From a virus: 64,000 nucleotides of DNA. The translations under genes were made by a program, and so were the position numbers. Below are positions 39,267 to 48,817 of the stretch, in pieces. The notes below the pieces were generated by a model. It saw only the letters and a program-made list of their open reading frames with translations. It was not told the origin of the DNA and did not search any database. The stretch's first letter is position 1. Every line of letters starts with the position of its first letter. The stretch spans positions 64,001 to 128,000 of the IMG/VR virus record IMGVR_UViG_3300027749_000039; one strand, written 5' to 3'.

Positions 39267-39297
39267 TTTGAAAAGTTAGAATTATTTCTTATTTTTG
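39267..39297 (+). promoter_or_regulatory. Bacteroidota-type promoter (TTTG-N19-TATTTTTG); divergent TATCTTTG at 39250-39257 on the minus strand
   Basis: tttg 39267-39270, tatttttg 39290-39297. Confidence 0.7.
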
Positions 39298-39311
39298 TAA
39301 AAAAATAACTT

Positions 39312-39911
39312 ATGCTTAAAGTAGGACTTACTGGTAATTATTGTTCTGGGGTAGATGAGATTGCTGAGATTTATAAAAACCTTCAAATACCTATATTTGA
39401 AGTTGATTTAATTATAAAATTTATGTTTTATAATAATTCTGAATCAATTAAAAAAATACAAAAAGAATTTGGTAAAATAGTATTTACCAATAACATATTA
39501 GATATGGTTGCTTTTAATGAACCAACTAAATTTAGAAGATTATTAAAAATAATTGAATTAGATTTAATTGTTGCTTATGAAAGATGGAGACAAGTTAATC
39601 AAAAAGCAAAGTTTACTATATTTAAATCATCTATATTATTTGAATCTAATTGGAATAATATAATGAACTTAAACATATCAGTATTTAAACCAAATGGATT
39701 AAGAGTTGAAGCTATACAGCGAAAGAATAAAATGAAGTCATCTGACGCTTATAGCTTAATTGATACTGAAATGGATGTGTTTCAAAAGAATAGATTATCT
39801 GATTATACAATCAATAATTATCCAGCATATTGTGATAGTGTTGAGAAACAAATTATAGCTATTAATAAATCTATAATGACTAAAACATATTCTTCAATTA
39901 TCTCAACATAA
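39312..39911 (+). CDS. dephospho-CoA kinase-like protein with degenerate P-loop
   Basis: MLKVGLTG start and overall CoaE layout (ILFES, R..RD/N, SDYTINN); P-loop GNYCSGVD lacks Lys-Ser/Thr. Confidence 0.7.
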   Translation: MLKVGLTGNYCSGVDEIAEIYKNLQIPIFEVDLIIKFMFYNNSESIKKIQKEFGKIVFTNNILDMVAFNEPTKFRRLLKIIELDLIVAYERWRQVNQKAKFTIFKSSILFESNWNNIMNLNISVFKPNGLRVEAIQRKNKMKSSDAYSLIDTEMDVFQKNRLSDYTINNYPAYCDSVEKQIIAINKSIMTKTYSSIIST

Positions 39912-39940
39912 AAAAAGCGGCTATATAGCCGCTTTTTTTA
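39909..39940. terminator. bidirectional terminator
   Basis: Palindrome taaaaaaagcggctatatagccgcttttttta. Confidence 0.85.
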
Positions 39941-40216
39941 TTCTGGTTGCTTAATTTTTATTATAAAATCTTCACCTTTCTTAACTTGTTCTTGAAAAGA
40001 ACCTAAAGCCTTTGAAATTAAAGCCCTATCTAAATCATTAAAAATATCAGCATTATCGTAGCATACTTGAACTGCATTGATTATAATATTCAATGCCATA
40101 GTAGTATTAATAGTTGGTGTATTGAGGATTTCTTTTATTTCTTCCATTTGTTGTTTCATTTCTGGTGAAACTTCCATTTCTGGTGCCAATTCGGCGTTTT
40201 GAATTTGTTCGTTCAT
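39938..40216 (-). CDS. hypothetical protein
   Basis: ORF. Confidence 0.55.
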   Translation of the reverse strand: MNEQIQNAELAPEMEVSPEMKQQMEEIKEILNTPTINTTMALNIIINAVQVCYDNADIFNDLDRALISKALGSFQEQVKKGEDFIIKIKQPE

Positions 40217-40234
40217 AAATGTTTATATTTTTAT

Positions 40235-41230
40235 TTATATATCAATTGTTATATTGTCTATATTGAGCCCTAATTTTTCAGCTTGTAGCCTCAGTGGTTT
40301 TCTAATAATCTCTAAGAAGGTTGATTTAATTTTACTCTTAAACTTATTTAGTCTAATTACTTCTCTCATATCATTATTCAAATCACCATTAGAGTTTGGT
40401 AAATAAGATGCCATTCTTAATTTATTATTAAAATAATTTATATCACCTATAAAATCATGTTCAATAGCATTTGGGTTAAGTGTCTCGTAAATAAATTCAC
40501 CACTATCACCCTGTGGTAGAAACACATTTTTATTAAACGGTATTTGTTCAGCTCCATCTATCGTGACTTTACCAGTGTAATTATCAATGTCCCAATTACT
40601 CAGATGTGTTTCTATGAAAGTTCCAATAGATTCTTCAGCTTTTTGTTTAGATAGACCTTTTATCGGAATTTCATATTTATTAGTTGTTGACGATATTTTA
40701 ATATTATACATAATCATACAATTTTCTATCATTGATAATTGATTGTATGGTTTCATTAACCTTTCAACATATGATGTTTCTGAGTCTGAATAGGAAATAA
40801 ATATAACTTGTGAATCATATAGAATTCTTTTTAATTGCTCATCTTCTGGATATTGAATCCAATAATTTCCATGTTCTTTAGCATACGCTGGTACTAACGT
40901 AGCAGGACTTAATCTACTGAATGATAATATGTTTTCTTTTTTATCATCCCATATAATTTCTAATGAAATATAACCATCTATCATTAAATCTCTAAATGTG
41001 TTAGACATATTAATTTCATTATCAAAACCTAATTTTTTAATTAGTTCCTTGAATATTGGACGAATGTTAGCTTCATCTTCGCTGCTAAATGTGCCTAATC
41101 TAATAGAAACATTTATACATTCATTACACATTATGTCTAGATAATATCTAATTTCATCTTTAATCGAATATTCCCTTAATATTCTTTTCTTATCCGCATA
41201 AGATTTGTCTTGGTATGGAATTTGTTTCAT
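40235..41230 (-). CDS. short T4 gp20-like portal homologue
   Basis: LDIMCNECI, DGYISLEI, RLSPATL, VERLMKPYNQLSMIENCMIMY, DINYFNNKLRMAS resemble gp20 motifs; only 331 aa. Confidence 0.6.
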   Translation of the reverse strand: MKQIPYQDKSYADKKRILREYSIKDEIRYYLDIMCNECINVSIRLGTFSSEDEANIRPIFKELIKKLGFDNEINMSNTFRDLMIDGYISLEIIWDDKKENILSFSRLSPATLVPAYAKEHGNYWIQYPEDEQLKRILYDSQVIFISYSDSETSYVERLMKPYNQLSMIENCMIMYNIKISSTTNKYEIPIKGLSKQKAEESIGTFIETHLSNWDIDNYTGKVTIDGAEQIPFNKNVFLPQGDSGEFIYETLNPNAIEHDFIGDINYFNNKLRMASYLPNSNGDLNNDMREVIRLNKFKSKIKSTFLEIIRKPLRLQAEKLGLNIDNITIDI

Positions 41231-41269
41231 TTTATTTCATTTTTATACAATTTTATATTAATTAATTAA

Positions 41270-41410
41270 TTAAAGTTTAAAAAAAGATTAAATGGTGTTG
41301 TTTATGATTCGTATCATGACGCTTCAAAAGCATTAAACATCCACATCGTTACAATAAGATGGAGATGTTTAAGCAAAAACCCTAATTTTATTAATTACAT
41401 ATTAATTTGA
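41270..41410 (+). pseudogene. start-less relic of a homing-endonuclease C-terminal HTH (NUMOD1-like)
   Basis: Reads LNGVVYDSYHDASKALNIHIVTIRWRCLSKNPNFINYILI*; bounded by an upstream stop with no ATG. Confidence 0.6.
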
Positions 41411-42490
41411 TAATGGTATATCTATTTTTTCCGCAGATTGATAACCAACTAATTTTATATCTTCATATGTTATATCATAAATGGATTTATTTGCTATTAC
41501 TAATTTAGGTAGAGGGTATGTTTTTTGTTTCAATTGTTTTTCTACACCTTCCATTTGATTAAGATAAATATGACAGTCACCGCCAGATAAAATCAATTCA
41601 TCTGGAACCATATTAACTTCTTTTGCTAATAGCTGTAAAAGTAAACCATATGAAGCTATATTAAATGGTAAGCCTAATGGCACATCAATTGATCTCATAT
41701 TGAATTTTAAACTTAATTTTCTTTTTGGAACATTTTGTTGATCTAATTCATAGTCTTTCCAATCAACTTTATATTTTGGATTTTGATACGCTGTGTCAAA
41801 ATACCATTTATTTCTTTCTTCCGTAGACATTTCTCTTGTATAACATTGAAACAAATAGTGGCATGGTGGCAAAACCATTTGTTCTAAATCACCTACATTC
41901 CAAGCGTTTACCATTAATCTTCTTGAATCTGGATTTGTCTTTAAATCTTTGATTAAGTTTGCTATTTGATCTACCTCAAGTGTATGTATCTTCATTTCTG
42001 TATTATCAATACTTGTCCATTTTCTCCATTGTTTACCATAAACTGGTCCTAATTCACCCCATTTAGCGGCAAAATCATTATCAGTTTTTATTTTTTCAAT
42101 AAATTCTTCTCTTGATAAAGGTCTAAAATTAACAAGTTCAGTAGCATGTGCCATAAAAGATAATTCACCAAGTGAATCATATCGCGAATTATGCTCTTTT
42201 GTTGTTTTATTAACATAATTCTTATATGCATCTCCAACCCAAATATAACAACCATTATCTACTAAATATTTTATATTTGTATCACCTTTAAGGAACCAAA
42301 GAAGTTCTACAACCATGGCTTTCCATGCCATCTTTTTTGAAGTCATAAGAGGAAATCCCTCTTGCATATTAAATCTCATATCATAGCTGAACACAGATTT
42401 AGTTCCTGTTCCTGTACGATCTGATTTTTCTGTACCAAATTCTTTTATATGACGGATTAAGTCAAAGTATTGTTTATCTACACTATTCAT
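41402..42490 (-). CDS. thyA: thymidylate synthase
   Basis: DRTGTGT, ELLWFLKG, GPVYGKQWR, LPPCH, RSIDVPLGLPFN, DCHIY; start moved to MNSVDKQY. Confidence 0.97.
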   Translation of the reverse strand: MNSVDKQYFDLIRHIKEFGTEKSDRTGTGTKSVFSYDMRFNMQEGFPLMTSKKMAWKAMVVELLWFLKGDTNIKYLVDNGCYIWVGDAYKNYVNKTTKEHNSRYDSLGELSFMAHATELVNFRPLSREEFIEKIKTDNDFAAKWGELGPVYGKQWRKWTSIDNTEMKIHTLEVDQIANLIKDLKTNPDSRRLMVNAWNVGDLEQMVLPPCHYLFQCYTREMSTEERNKWYFDTAYQNPKYKVDWKDYELDQQNVPKRKLSLKFNMRSIDVPLGLPFNIASYGLLLQLLAKEVNMVPDELILSGGDCHIYLNQMEGVEKQLKQKTYPLPKLVIANKSIYDITYEDIKLVGYQSAEKIDIPLSN

Positions 42491-42529
42491 AAAAATTATA
42501 AGCATAAATGAGAAAAAGTTTAAAAATAA

Positions 42530-42559
42530 AAAAAGCCGCACAAATTTGTGCGGCTTTTT
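42530..42559. terminator. intrinsic terminator
   Basis: Palindrome aaaaagccgcacaaatttgtgcggcttttt. Confidence 0.8.
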
Positions 42560-42574
42560 ATTTTGTAATTTAAA

Positions 42575-43702
42575 TTATGCTACTGCTAAGTAAATCTTGC
42601 GATTCATTCTTTCGATAGCTATAACCTTTACTTTTACTGTTTGACCAGCATTGAAAGTTTTTTCAGCTTTTTCTAATTCAGAGTTATGAATCAATCCAAT
42701 TGTTTCATCGTCTAAGAAAATGAGTGTTCCAAATTGTTTGTTTTCTTTCACTTTGCCTGTTAAAGTTTGTCCAATCTTAATATTATCCCACAAAGTTTCT
42801 CTTAAAATTTGAGTTAAGATAATCTTAGAATCCTTTATTATTTCCTTTATGTAGAATTGTATTTCATATCCCGAAGGAATTTGCTTAATCTTTTCTTGCC
42901 ACTCTGGATCTATATTCGTTTTGTGAATCATACCTGTGAGACAAATATCACCATTTGAATTGGAAGCGAATTCAACGAATACGCCGAAATCAGTGGTTCC
43001 TGTTACGCTACCTGTGTAAACTGTATTTGTTTTTAATTCCTTTATTGCTTCTGGAATCAAAGATTGTAAATACTTTCTTCTTGAAACGATGTAAGTTCCT
43101 TCTTCTCTCGAAAAAGATTCTATCATTACCGCAAGTGTTTTACCAACAATTGTTTCTGGTTCAGAAAGTCTGTTAATACCTGCAAGTGTGTTCGGCATAA
43201 ACCCTGGTAAAATAATTGTGTCATATTGTAACTCAACATTGTAACCAGCCGGTGTCATTTCTTTAATGAAGGCGACAATACTATCTTCTTCTTTTAGAGC
43301 TTTAATTGTGTCGTGCGCTCTAGTCTCGTAGAGTTGTGCTACAGAACCTTCGATTAAGTAGTTTCTGTTGTTAACCTTTGAAACTAATAAATCAACTTCA
43401 TCTCCAATATTGAGTGATTTGAAATATTTAAGTTCATTTGGTTTGTTATCAACTCTGACATAATCTTTGAAACCTCCTTCGAACATAAGTGATTCTTTAT
43501 TCATACCAACATAAATTAAGGTATAAACCTCCCCTTCTTGGGGAACATTTACTACCATAGAATCGTAGAGTGAATTAAGTAAGGCTTTTTGTATTAAAAG
43601 CTCTTGATTTGATTTTACCTCGTTATCGAAGTCAAAATCAACGTCTGTGTTGTTGGAAAAATACTTTTTCCTTTTTTCGTTGTAAATAATGGTTTTGCCC
43701 AT
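42575..43702 (-). CDS. rpsA: ribosomal protein bS1 homologue (multiple S1 domains)
   Basis: Repeated S1 motifs: AGYNVEL..LPGFMP, TDFGVFVEF...GMIH.TNI, QFGTLIFL...GLIHNSEL...VKVKVI; IVSRRKYL. Confidence 0.8.
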   Translation of the reverse strand: MGKTIIYNEKRKKYFSNNTDVDFDFDNEVKSNQELLIQKALLNSLYDSMVVNVPQEGEVYTLIYVGMNKESLMFEGGFKDYVRVDNKPNELKYFKSLNIGDEVDLLVSKVNNRNYLIEGSVAQLYETRAHDTIKALKEEDSIVAFIKEMTPAGYNVELQYDTIILPGFMPNTLAGINRLSEPETIVGKTLAVMIESFSREEGTYIVSRRKYLQSLIPEAIKELKTNTVYTGSVTGTTDFGVFVEFASNSNGDICLTGMIHKTNIDPEWQEKIKQIPSGYEIQFYIKEIIKDSKIILTQILRETLWDNIKIGQTLTGKVKENKQFGTLIFLDDETIGLIHNSELEKAEKTFNAGQTVKVKVIAIERMNRKIYLAVA

Positions 43703-43751
43703 TTTTATTTGTTTTTAAAGTGTAATAGCAATATTGCTGTTAATATTTAGT

Positions 43752-43782
43752 TAAAATTACAGAAAAGTTTTGAAAAAACAAA
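43752..43782 (-). promoter_or_regulatory. possible Bacteroidota-type promoter (TTTG-N19-TAATTTTA) for the bS1 homologue
   Basis: caaa 43779-43782, taaaatta 43752-43759. Confidence 0.5.
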
Positions 43783-43805
43783 AGTTTTTAGAATTATTTT
43801 TTTTG

Positions 43806-44177
43806 TTATTCATTTTCTTTCTTTAAACCCATCTTAGCGATATAATCTCGGATGCGGATTGCGTCTTCGTATTTCTCTAATTTAAGACATTCTTCAAGTT
43901 TTTTATTTAAATCCTCTAAAATCTTTTTGGGATTTTTCTTTTTGCTTTTATAAGAATCATCAAAGATATTATAATAATCGTTCATCTCCTCAATATCCTT
44001 AAAAATAGGTATTGGGCTGTCTTCTAAATCACTTAATTTTTCACTTTCGACTAATAATTTAAGGAATAAGTCATTGAATGCCACATTGTCTATAAGATAT
44101 TTGGCTAAATGATTTGGACGATTTTGAAATATTTTTAGTAGTTTTACTAGATTTCTGTATATTCTATCTTCTGACAT
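43806..44177 (-). CDS. protein with C-terminal UvrB/UvrC (UVR) motif
   Basis: LNKKLEECLKLEKYEDAIRIRD. Confidence 0.7.
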   Translation of the reverse strand: MSEDRIYRNLVKLLKIFQNRPNHLAKYLIDNVAFNDLFLKLLVESEKLSDLEDSPIPIFKDIEEMNDYYNIFDDSYKSKKKNPKKILEDLNKKLEECLKLEKYEDAIRIRDYIAKMGLKKENE

Positions 44178-44207
44178 AATTAGTATATTTTTAAGTGCTT
44201 CTAAAGT

Positions 44208-44927
44208 TTAAATCTTTGTAAAATATAAATTATAATAGTAATTATAAGAAAATTTAGAACTAGGTTTCTCTTGATTAAATGTTATAGTATTAACCATTTT
44301 AATGGTATCATTTTTTGCGGTATATATTGATATTAAATTATTTGAATCCGCAATTTTTTCAGTAAATAAATTACTATTTTGTAATAATGGTATATTAATA
44401 TTATAAGTATTATTTCTTATAGGACTATTTAAATCATTATAAGTAATAAATAAATCTATATTGGTTAATTGGTAAAGTTGCACTAAGTTATCAACAACAT
44501 ACTGATTTATGGCATAATTGATGTCGTTATTTAAAGTTATATTATTTGAAACACCTTCAAATGTCCTATACTTTTTAAGAGTTGCAAATAAAAAATTTTT
44601 TAAAATAGCGCCGTAATTTACTGTTAATATCCAAGAAGTGTTTGCGGAAAGTTGTGTGTTCGTTTGTGACTTATTTATTACTAATGAGCTATTAGTAAGT
44701 TTATCCGAATTAGTATTATATATTTTTGGACCTAATAATTGTTCGGCTGTTAAATTTAACTGCTCATTATTAATATTCTGATAGTAAATTATATTTTGAT
44801 TTTCGATAGAAATTGAACTATCAAATTTTACTAATTTTGAGGCAAAAAAAGATTTCTTCTCTTTCATCGAAAGAGTTCCATAAACTTTATTATATGTAAA
44901 TTCTGGTGATATGTGCGTTATTTTCAT
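44208..44927 (-). CDS. putative virion protein
   Basis: Asn-rich, adjacent to large structural-type genes. Confidence 0.5.
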   Translation of the reverse strand: MKITHISPEFTYNKVYGTLSMKEKKSFFASKLVKFDSSISIENQNIIYYQNINNEQLNLTAEQLLGPKIYNTNSDKLTNSSLVINKSQTNTQLSANTSWILTVNYGAILKNFLFATLKKYRTFEGVSNNITLNNDINYAINQYVVDNLVQLYQLTNIDLFITYNDLNSPIRNNTYNINIPLLQNSNLFTEKIADSNNLISIYTAKNDTIKMVNTITFNQEKPSSKFSYNYYYNLYFTKI

Positions 44928-44928
44928 A

Positions 44929-47900
44929 TTATGATAAATTTTTTGGTGTTATAGTTATAGGATTAAATGATACAGTAGAATCAATTAATGCTGTTGGTAT
45001 ATTAGTAACAAAAACAGGTATACATTCAGTGTGATATTCAATATCCCAACTAGATTTAAATATAAATATATCTGTTGTAGTATATCCAAATTCATCTAAC
45101 ATAGGATATATTGATTTCAAATTAGGTGAATTTTTCAATTTTAATTGACTACCATTTCTATTTACCTTAGATATTACTGTTTCTTTCAACATACCAAAAT
45201 TGGTAAGGTCAGTGTCAAATATAGTATTAGTAGAATATGTTAATCCTTTTTTAAATAAATCAACAGTTAAAAAGATTGGATCATAATAACCACTATGTCT
45301 ATATAAAGTATTATATATTTGGTTAGTTAATCCTGAATAATTTGGTATAGGTTCTGTATCAAATGTATTTTTCTCAATAACAGAAGCTAAATGTAAATTA
45401 TTATAAAAATTCTTTTTGCTCAAAGATGGCACCGCTCCATTATTTAAAGTTAAACTTGGTTTAATTTGACTTGGTTTTAAAGTCATCGGCACTTTAATTA
45501 AAGAAGAAAAGCGACTTTTAACCATATCTGGTGTATCTATTTTTAGTATAGAACTTATATTATCAAATGATGTTATTTGGTTAAAATCATGTATCTTTAC
45601 TTCATTATCATCAATGATAATATATTTTACCTTATTTATAAATCCATAGTTATTCTGAACATCATTAACTGCACTTATTAAATTATTTGCTGTTAAATTT
45701 GAATATAAATCTTTATATAAATCATCTCTATCTGTATTTGATAAGTTGCCTAATGTATTATCATTTATATAAATATTTAATAAAATATTTTTATATTTTT
45801 TATTGATAAAGATATAAATACCATTATCTAATGTAGAATTATTTATATTACTATTACAAATATAATACCTATTATTAAAATAAATAATGTTATTGGAATT
45901 AACGGAACTACCATATACATAATTAGTGCTAGGTGTAAATGTATATAGCTGTATCCAATCAATAGACGAGTCTGGTGTCACTCCTAATGTTGTTATAGTA
46001 TTGGTATAAAATAATGAATTATTATAAATAACTAAATTACTTGGATAATAGATTTGTATTGGACTCCAAAGATTTACTACGCTCCATTGCACATTTGGGC
46101 TACCAAATGAATCATAGTAATTAGATTTAGTCCAATTATTTGTTGAAGGAGTATATATATTTGAACTAGTATTTGAAATCCAAACTTGATTCTGATATAA
46201 TACTACATCACCTATATTATAAGTTGCACTAGGATTATAAAATGTATTTGTTGTTGTCCCATTATTATAATAATATTCATTATAATTAAACACAATATTT
46301 GATAAACTAGGCGTAGCTCCAGTATATGTAGAGTATGTATTTAATGGTGACCAAAAAATTGTATTAATAGTAGAATAAGTCCAATTAGAACTATTTCCTG
46401 GATTTATATTTGGATCTTGTATAAAAGAATTAGTTATTGACGTATATAATATCTCTTGATAGGTTACAAAGCTTCCTAAATCATATTCTTTCTCATATTT
46501 CCAGTTATCTACAATACTCCAATTCATTAAATTATTTGAATAAGTTAATGATATTTGATTAATATTTGTTGTATCCGTTTCTATTGTTGTATTATTTTTA
46601 GATAATAAAATAGTAAACTTATAATCGTCATAAGTATTATTATTTGTTGTATTAATATTTTGAATTATACCATTTGAAACTTTTACACTACTTACATCAA
46701 ACGCTTTTATTTTTAATCCTTTAAATAAAGTTATATTTGGTATATCACTATCGCCACTATTAAATAATGAAAATTTACTAATATTATCAATTAATGTTGA
46801 ATTATTTAAGTAAACTTTCCTATCAAAAAATATACTAAAATAATCATAACTTAAATCCAAATATTGGTTTATATCAAAATAATAATTTTGATCGATAGAA
46901 TTATTGCTAATTTGTTCTACATGCAGACTATGGAAAGCATAACTAATTGTAGAAGAATTGATTGAATAAAAATAATCTAAATTTCTATTAATTCTTTTTG
47001 GTTGAGTTAAGAAAGTATCCGCTGTTTTATTATGTAATTCGGCTGTAAATGAATTATTTAAATAATATGGATAATCATTACTAGATAATGAATTTTTAAA
47101 TCCCCATTTAGTATGCTGTGAATTTTTTAACCACAATTTATTTAAATTATAATTATTATTCTCATCTTTGTCTATTTTAAAGGTTTCATTATTTGCGGTG
47201 TAATGTGACGAAGCTGGTATATTTGCTACTAAATTATTAACAGTAAAATCTACTTTAGTTCTTGGGAAGTCTATACTTTCCAAGTTCTCCATGTGCATTT
47301 TTGGCTCATCAGTCTGTATAACTGTATTCTCTATTTCATATTCATGGTTTGCAAATTTTGTGTTAACAATAGTTTCGTCAAAATATTTAATATCAGTAAA
47401 CTGTAATTTATAAATTGGAAAAGATACAGGTGTATTATTAGATGTAGTAGAGAGCATATCAATAGTGGTATTATATGCAGGGTCTGGATAGTTTATATAA
47501 TAATTAAGCGTAGTTGAATTTATTTTGAATCCATAGTCAGAATAGATATAATAATCACCATTATCATATTGTAATGTGTGATATTGTTCTCCTATCTTAA
47601 TCAACCATACATCAGCGGTATTCCAATCATCTATTACAAATGAACTACCATCTAAATAAGTTATTTTATTATTAGAGTCTATTGTAATAACACTTTTATT
47701 TATTAAAGCTTGTTTACCAGTCAAATCTATGTCACTTAATATTATCCAATGATATGTATTAAATCCAGCAATATTTACTGGGACTTTTACAACTTCATAA
47801 AAATTACCAAGTATTTCTATGAAAATCTTTGATTGTTCTAATGTCTTATCAGTAAATGGTTTGTTGAAAGTGCTAGTTAGTATATTACCACTAAGTATTT

Positions 47901-48795
47901 CACAATCAGACACAACTATAGAAGCTAAATATGTAGTAACAGATTTAGATAAAATCATATCATCTAAATAAAATCCGCTATATCTATTTATGCTCCAAGG
48001 TCTTAGTGAAGTAGGAGTTGCTGGTGTATCATTAAATAAAAAATTCATGTTGAATATATTTGGATAAACAATATGATTCTTTTTAAATCCGTCATATATA
48101 AACTTTTCCAAATCATGGAATGCATTTTCGTAATCTAGTACATCATCAAAGTAATAAGGGCTTTTTGTATAACCACCTTTTAAATAGTCAATGCCATTCC
48201 AATAAGAAAATTGTAATTTTCTAAAGTCTATTTCAAATCCAGTATCCGGAAAAGCTGTATTATTGGTTATATTATTATATAACCATTGACCTAATTCTGT
48301 TTTATTCGTTAAATCAAATATTTTAACACATTTTAATTTATTTAAAATTTCCGAACTAAAATTATTTTTAGTTACCGTTGTTAGACCAGCGCCATCTATT
48401 CTAAAAATTATAAAATAATTTGGAATACCAGTTTTTGAAGCATATAATGGCGCAAAATATTCAAAATCTTCTGGATAAAATTTATTATCGGCTATATCTT
48501 GGCAACCAGAAATATATAAATCATCTAATTGCTTATCAAAAGAATTAAACATTATATTACTATCATTTTCGTATTTAACAGCAAATGCAATTTCTGGATC
48601 TAAACCATAGAAAAAATTAGGCAAAAGAGCGTCATAATAACTATCTTTATTAAATTGGAAATTCTTGTATATACTATTGGATAAATTACTATTACTTTCT
48701 ATACTATCTAAGTATAAATTATAATTACTATCAACTGTTATTTTGATATTTGTACTTAATCCAACATTTGTCTTTATTAATGAAAATGATCTCAT
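44929..48795 (-). CDS. 1288-aa putative virion protein with CBM5/12-like repeats
   Basis: Three to four Y..GD.V.Y....(W/Y).......P.....W units in the C-terminal half. Confidence 0.55.
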   Translation of the reverse strand: MRSFSLIKTNVGLSTNIKITVDSNYNLYLDSIESNSNLSNSIYKNFQFNKDSYYDALLPNFFYGLDPEIAFAVKYENDSNIMFNSFDKQLDDLYISGCQDIADNKFYPEDFEYFAPLYASKTGIPNYFIIFRIDGAGLTTVTKNNFSSEILNKLKCVKIFDLTNKTELGQWLYNNITNNTAFPDTGFEIDFRKLQFSYWNGIDYLKGGYTKSPYYFDDVLDYENAFHDLEKFIYDGFKKNHIVYPNIFNMNFLFNDTPATPTSLRPWSINRYSGFYLDDMILSKSVTTYLASIVVSDCEILSGNILTSTFNKPFTDKTLEQSKIFIEILGNFYEVVKVPVNIAGFNTYHWIILSDIDLTGKQALINKSVITIDSNNKITYLDGSSFVIDDWNTADVWLIKIGEQYHTLQYDNGDYYIYSDYGFKINSTTLNYYINYPDPAYNTTIDMLSTTSNNTPVSFPIYKLQFTDIKYFDETIVNTKFANHEYEIENTVIQTDEPKMHMENLESIDFPRTKVDFTVNNLVANIPASSHYTANNETFKIDKDENNNYNLNKLWLKNSQHTKWGFKNSLSSNDYPYYLNNSFTAELHNKTADTFLTQPKRINRNLDYFYSINSSTISYAFHSLHVEQISNNSIDQNYYFDINQYLDLSYDYFSIFFDRKVYLNNSTLIDNISKFSLFNSGDSDIPNITLFKGLKIKAFDVSSVKVSNGIIQNINTTNNNTYDDYKFTILLSKNNTTIETDTTNINQISLTYSNNLMNWSIVDNWKYEKEYDLGSFVTYQEILYTSITNSFIQDPNINPGNSSNWTYSTINTIFWSPLNTYSTYTGATPSLSNIVFNYNEYYYNNGTTTNTFYNPSATYNIGDVVLYQNQVWISNTSSNIYTPSTNNWTKSNYYDSFGSPNVQWSVVNLWSPIQIYYPSNLVIYNNSLFYTNTITTLGVTPDSSIDWIQLYTFTPSTNYVYGSSVNSNNIIYFNNRYYICNSNINNSTLDNGIYIFINKKYKNILLNIYINDNTLGNLSNTDRDDLYKDLYSNLTANNLISAVNDVQNNYGFINKVKYIIIDDNEVKIHDFNQITSFDNISSILKIDTPDMVKSRFSSLIKVPMTLKPSQIKPSLTLNNGAVPSLSKKNFYNNLHLASVIEKNTFDTEPIPNYSGLTNQIYNTLYRHSGYYDPIFLTVDLFKKGLTYSTNTIFDTDLTNFGMLKETVISKVNRNGSQLKLKNSPNLKSIYPMLDEFGYTTTDIFIFKSSWDIEYHTECIPVFVTNIPTALIDSTVSFNPITITPKNLS

Positions 48796-48817
48796 TTATT
48801 TAATTTAATTTTAATTA

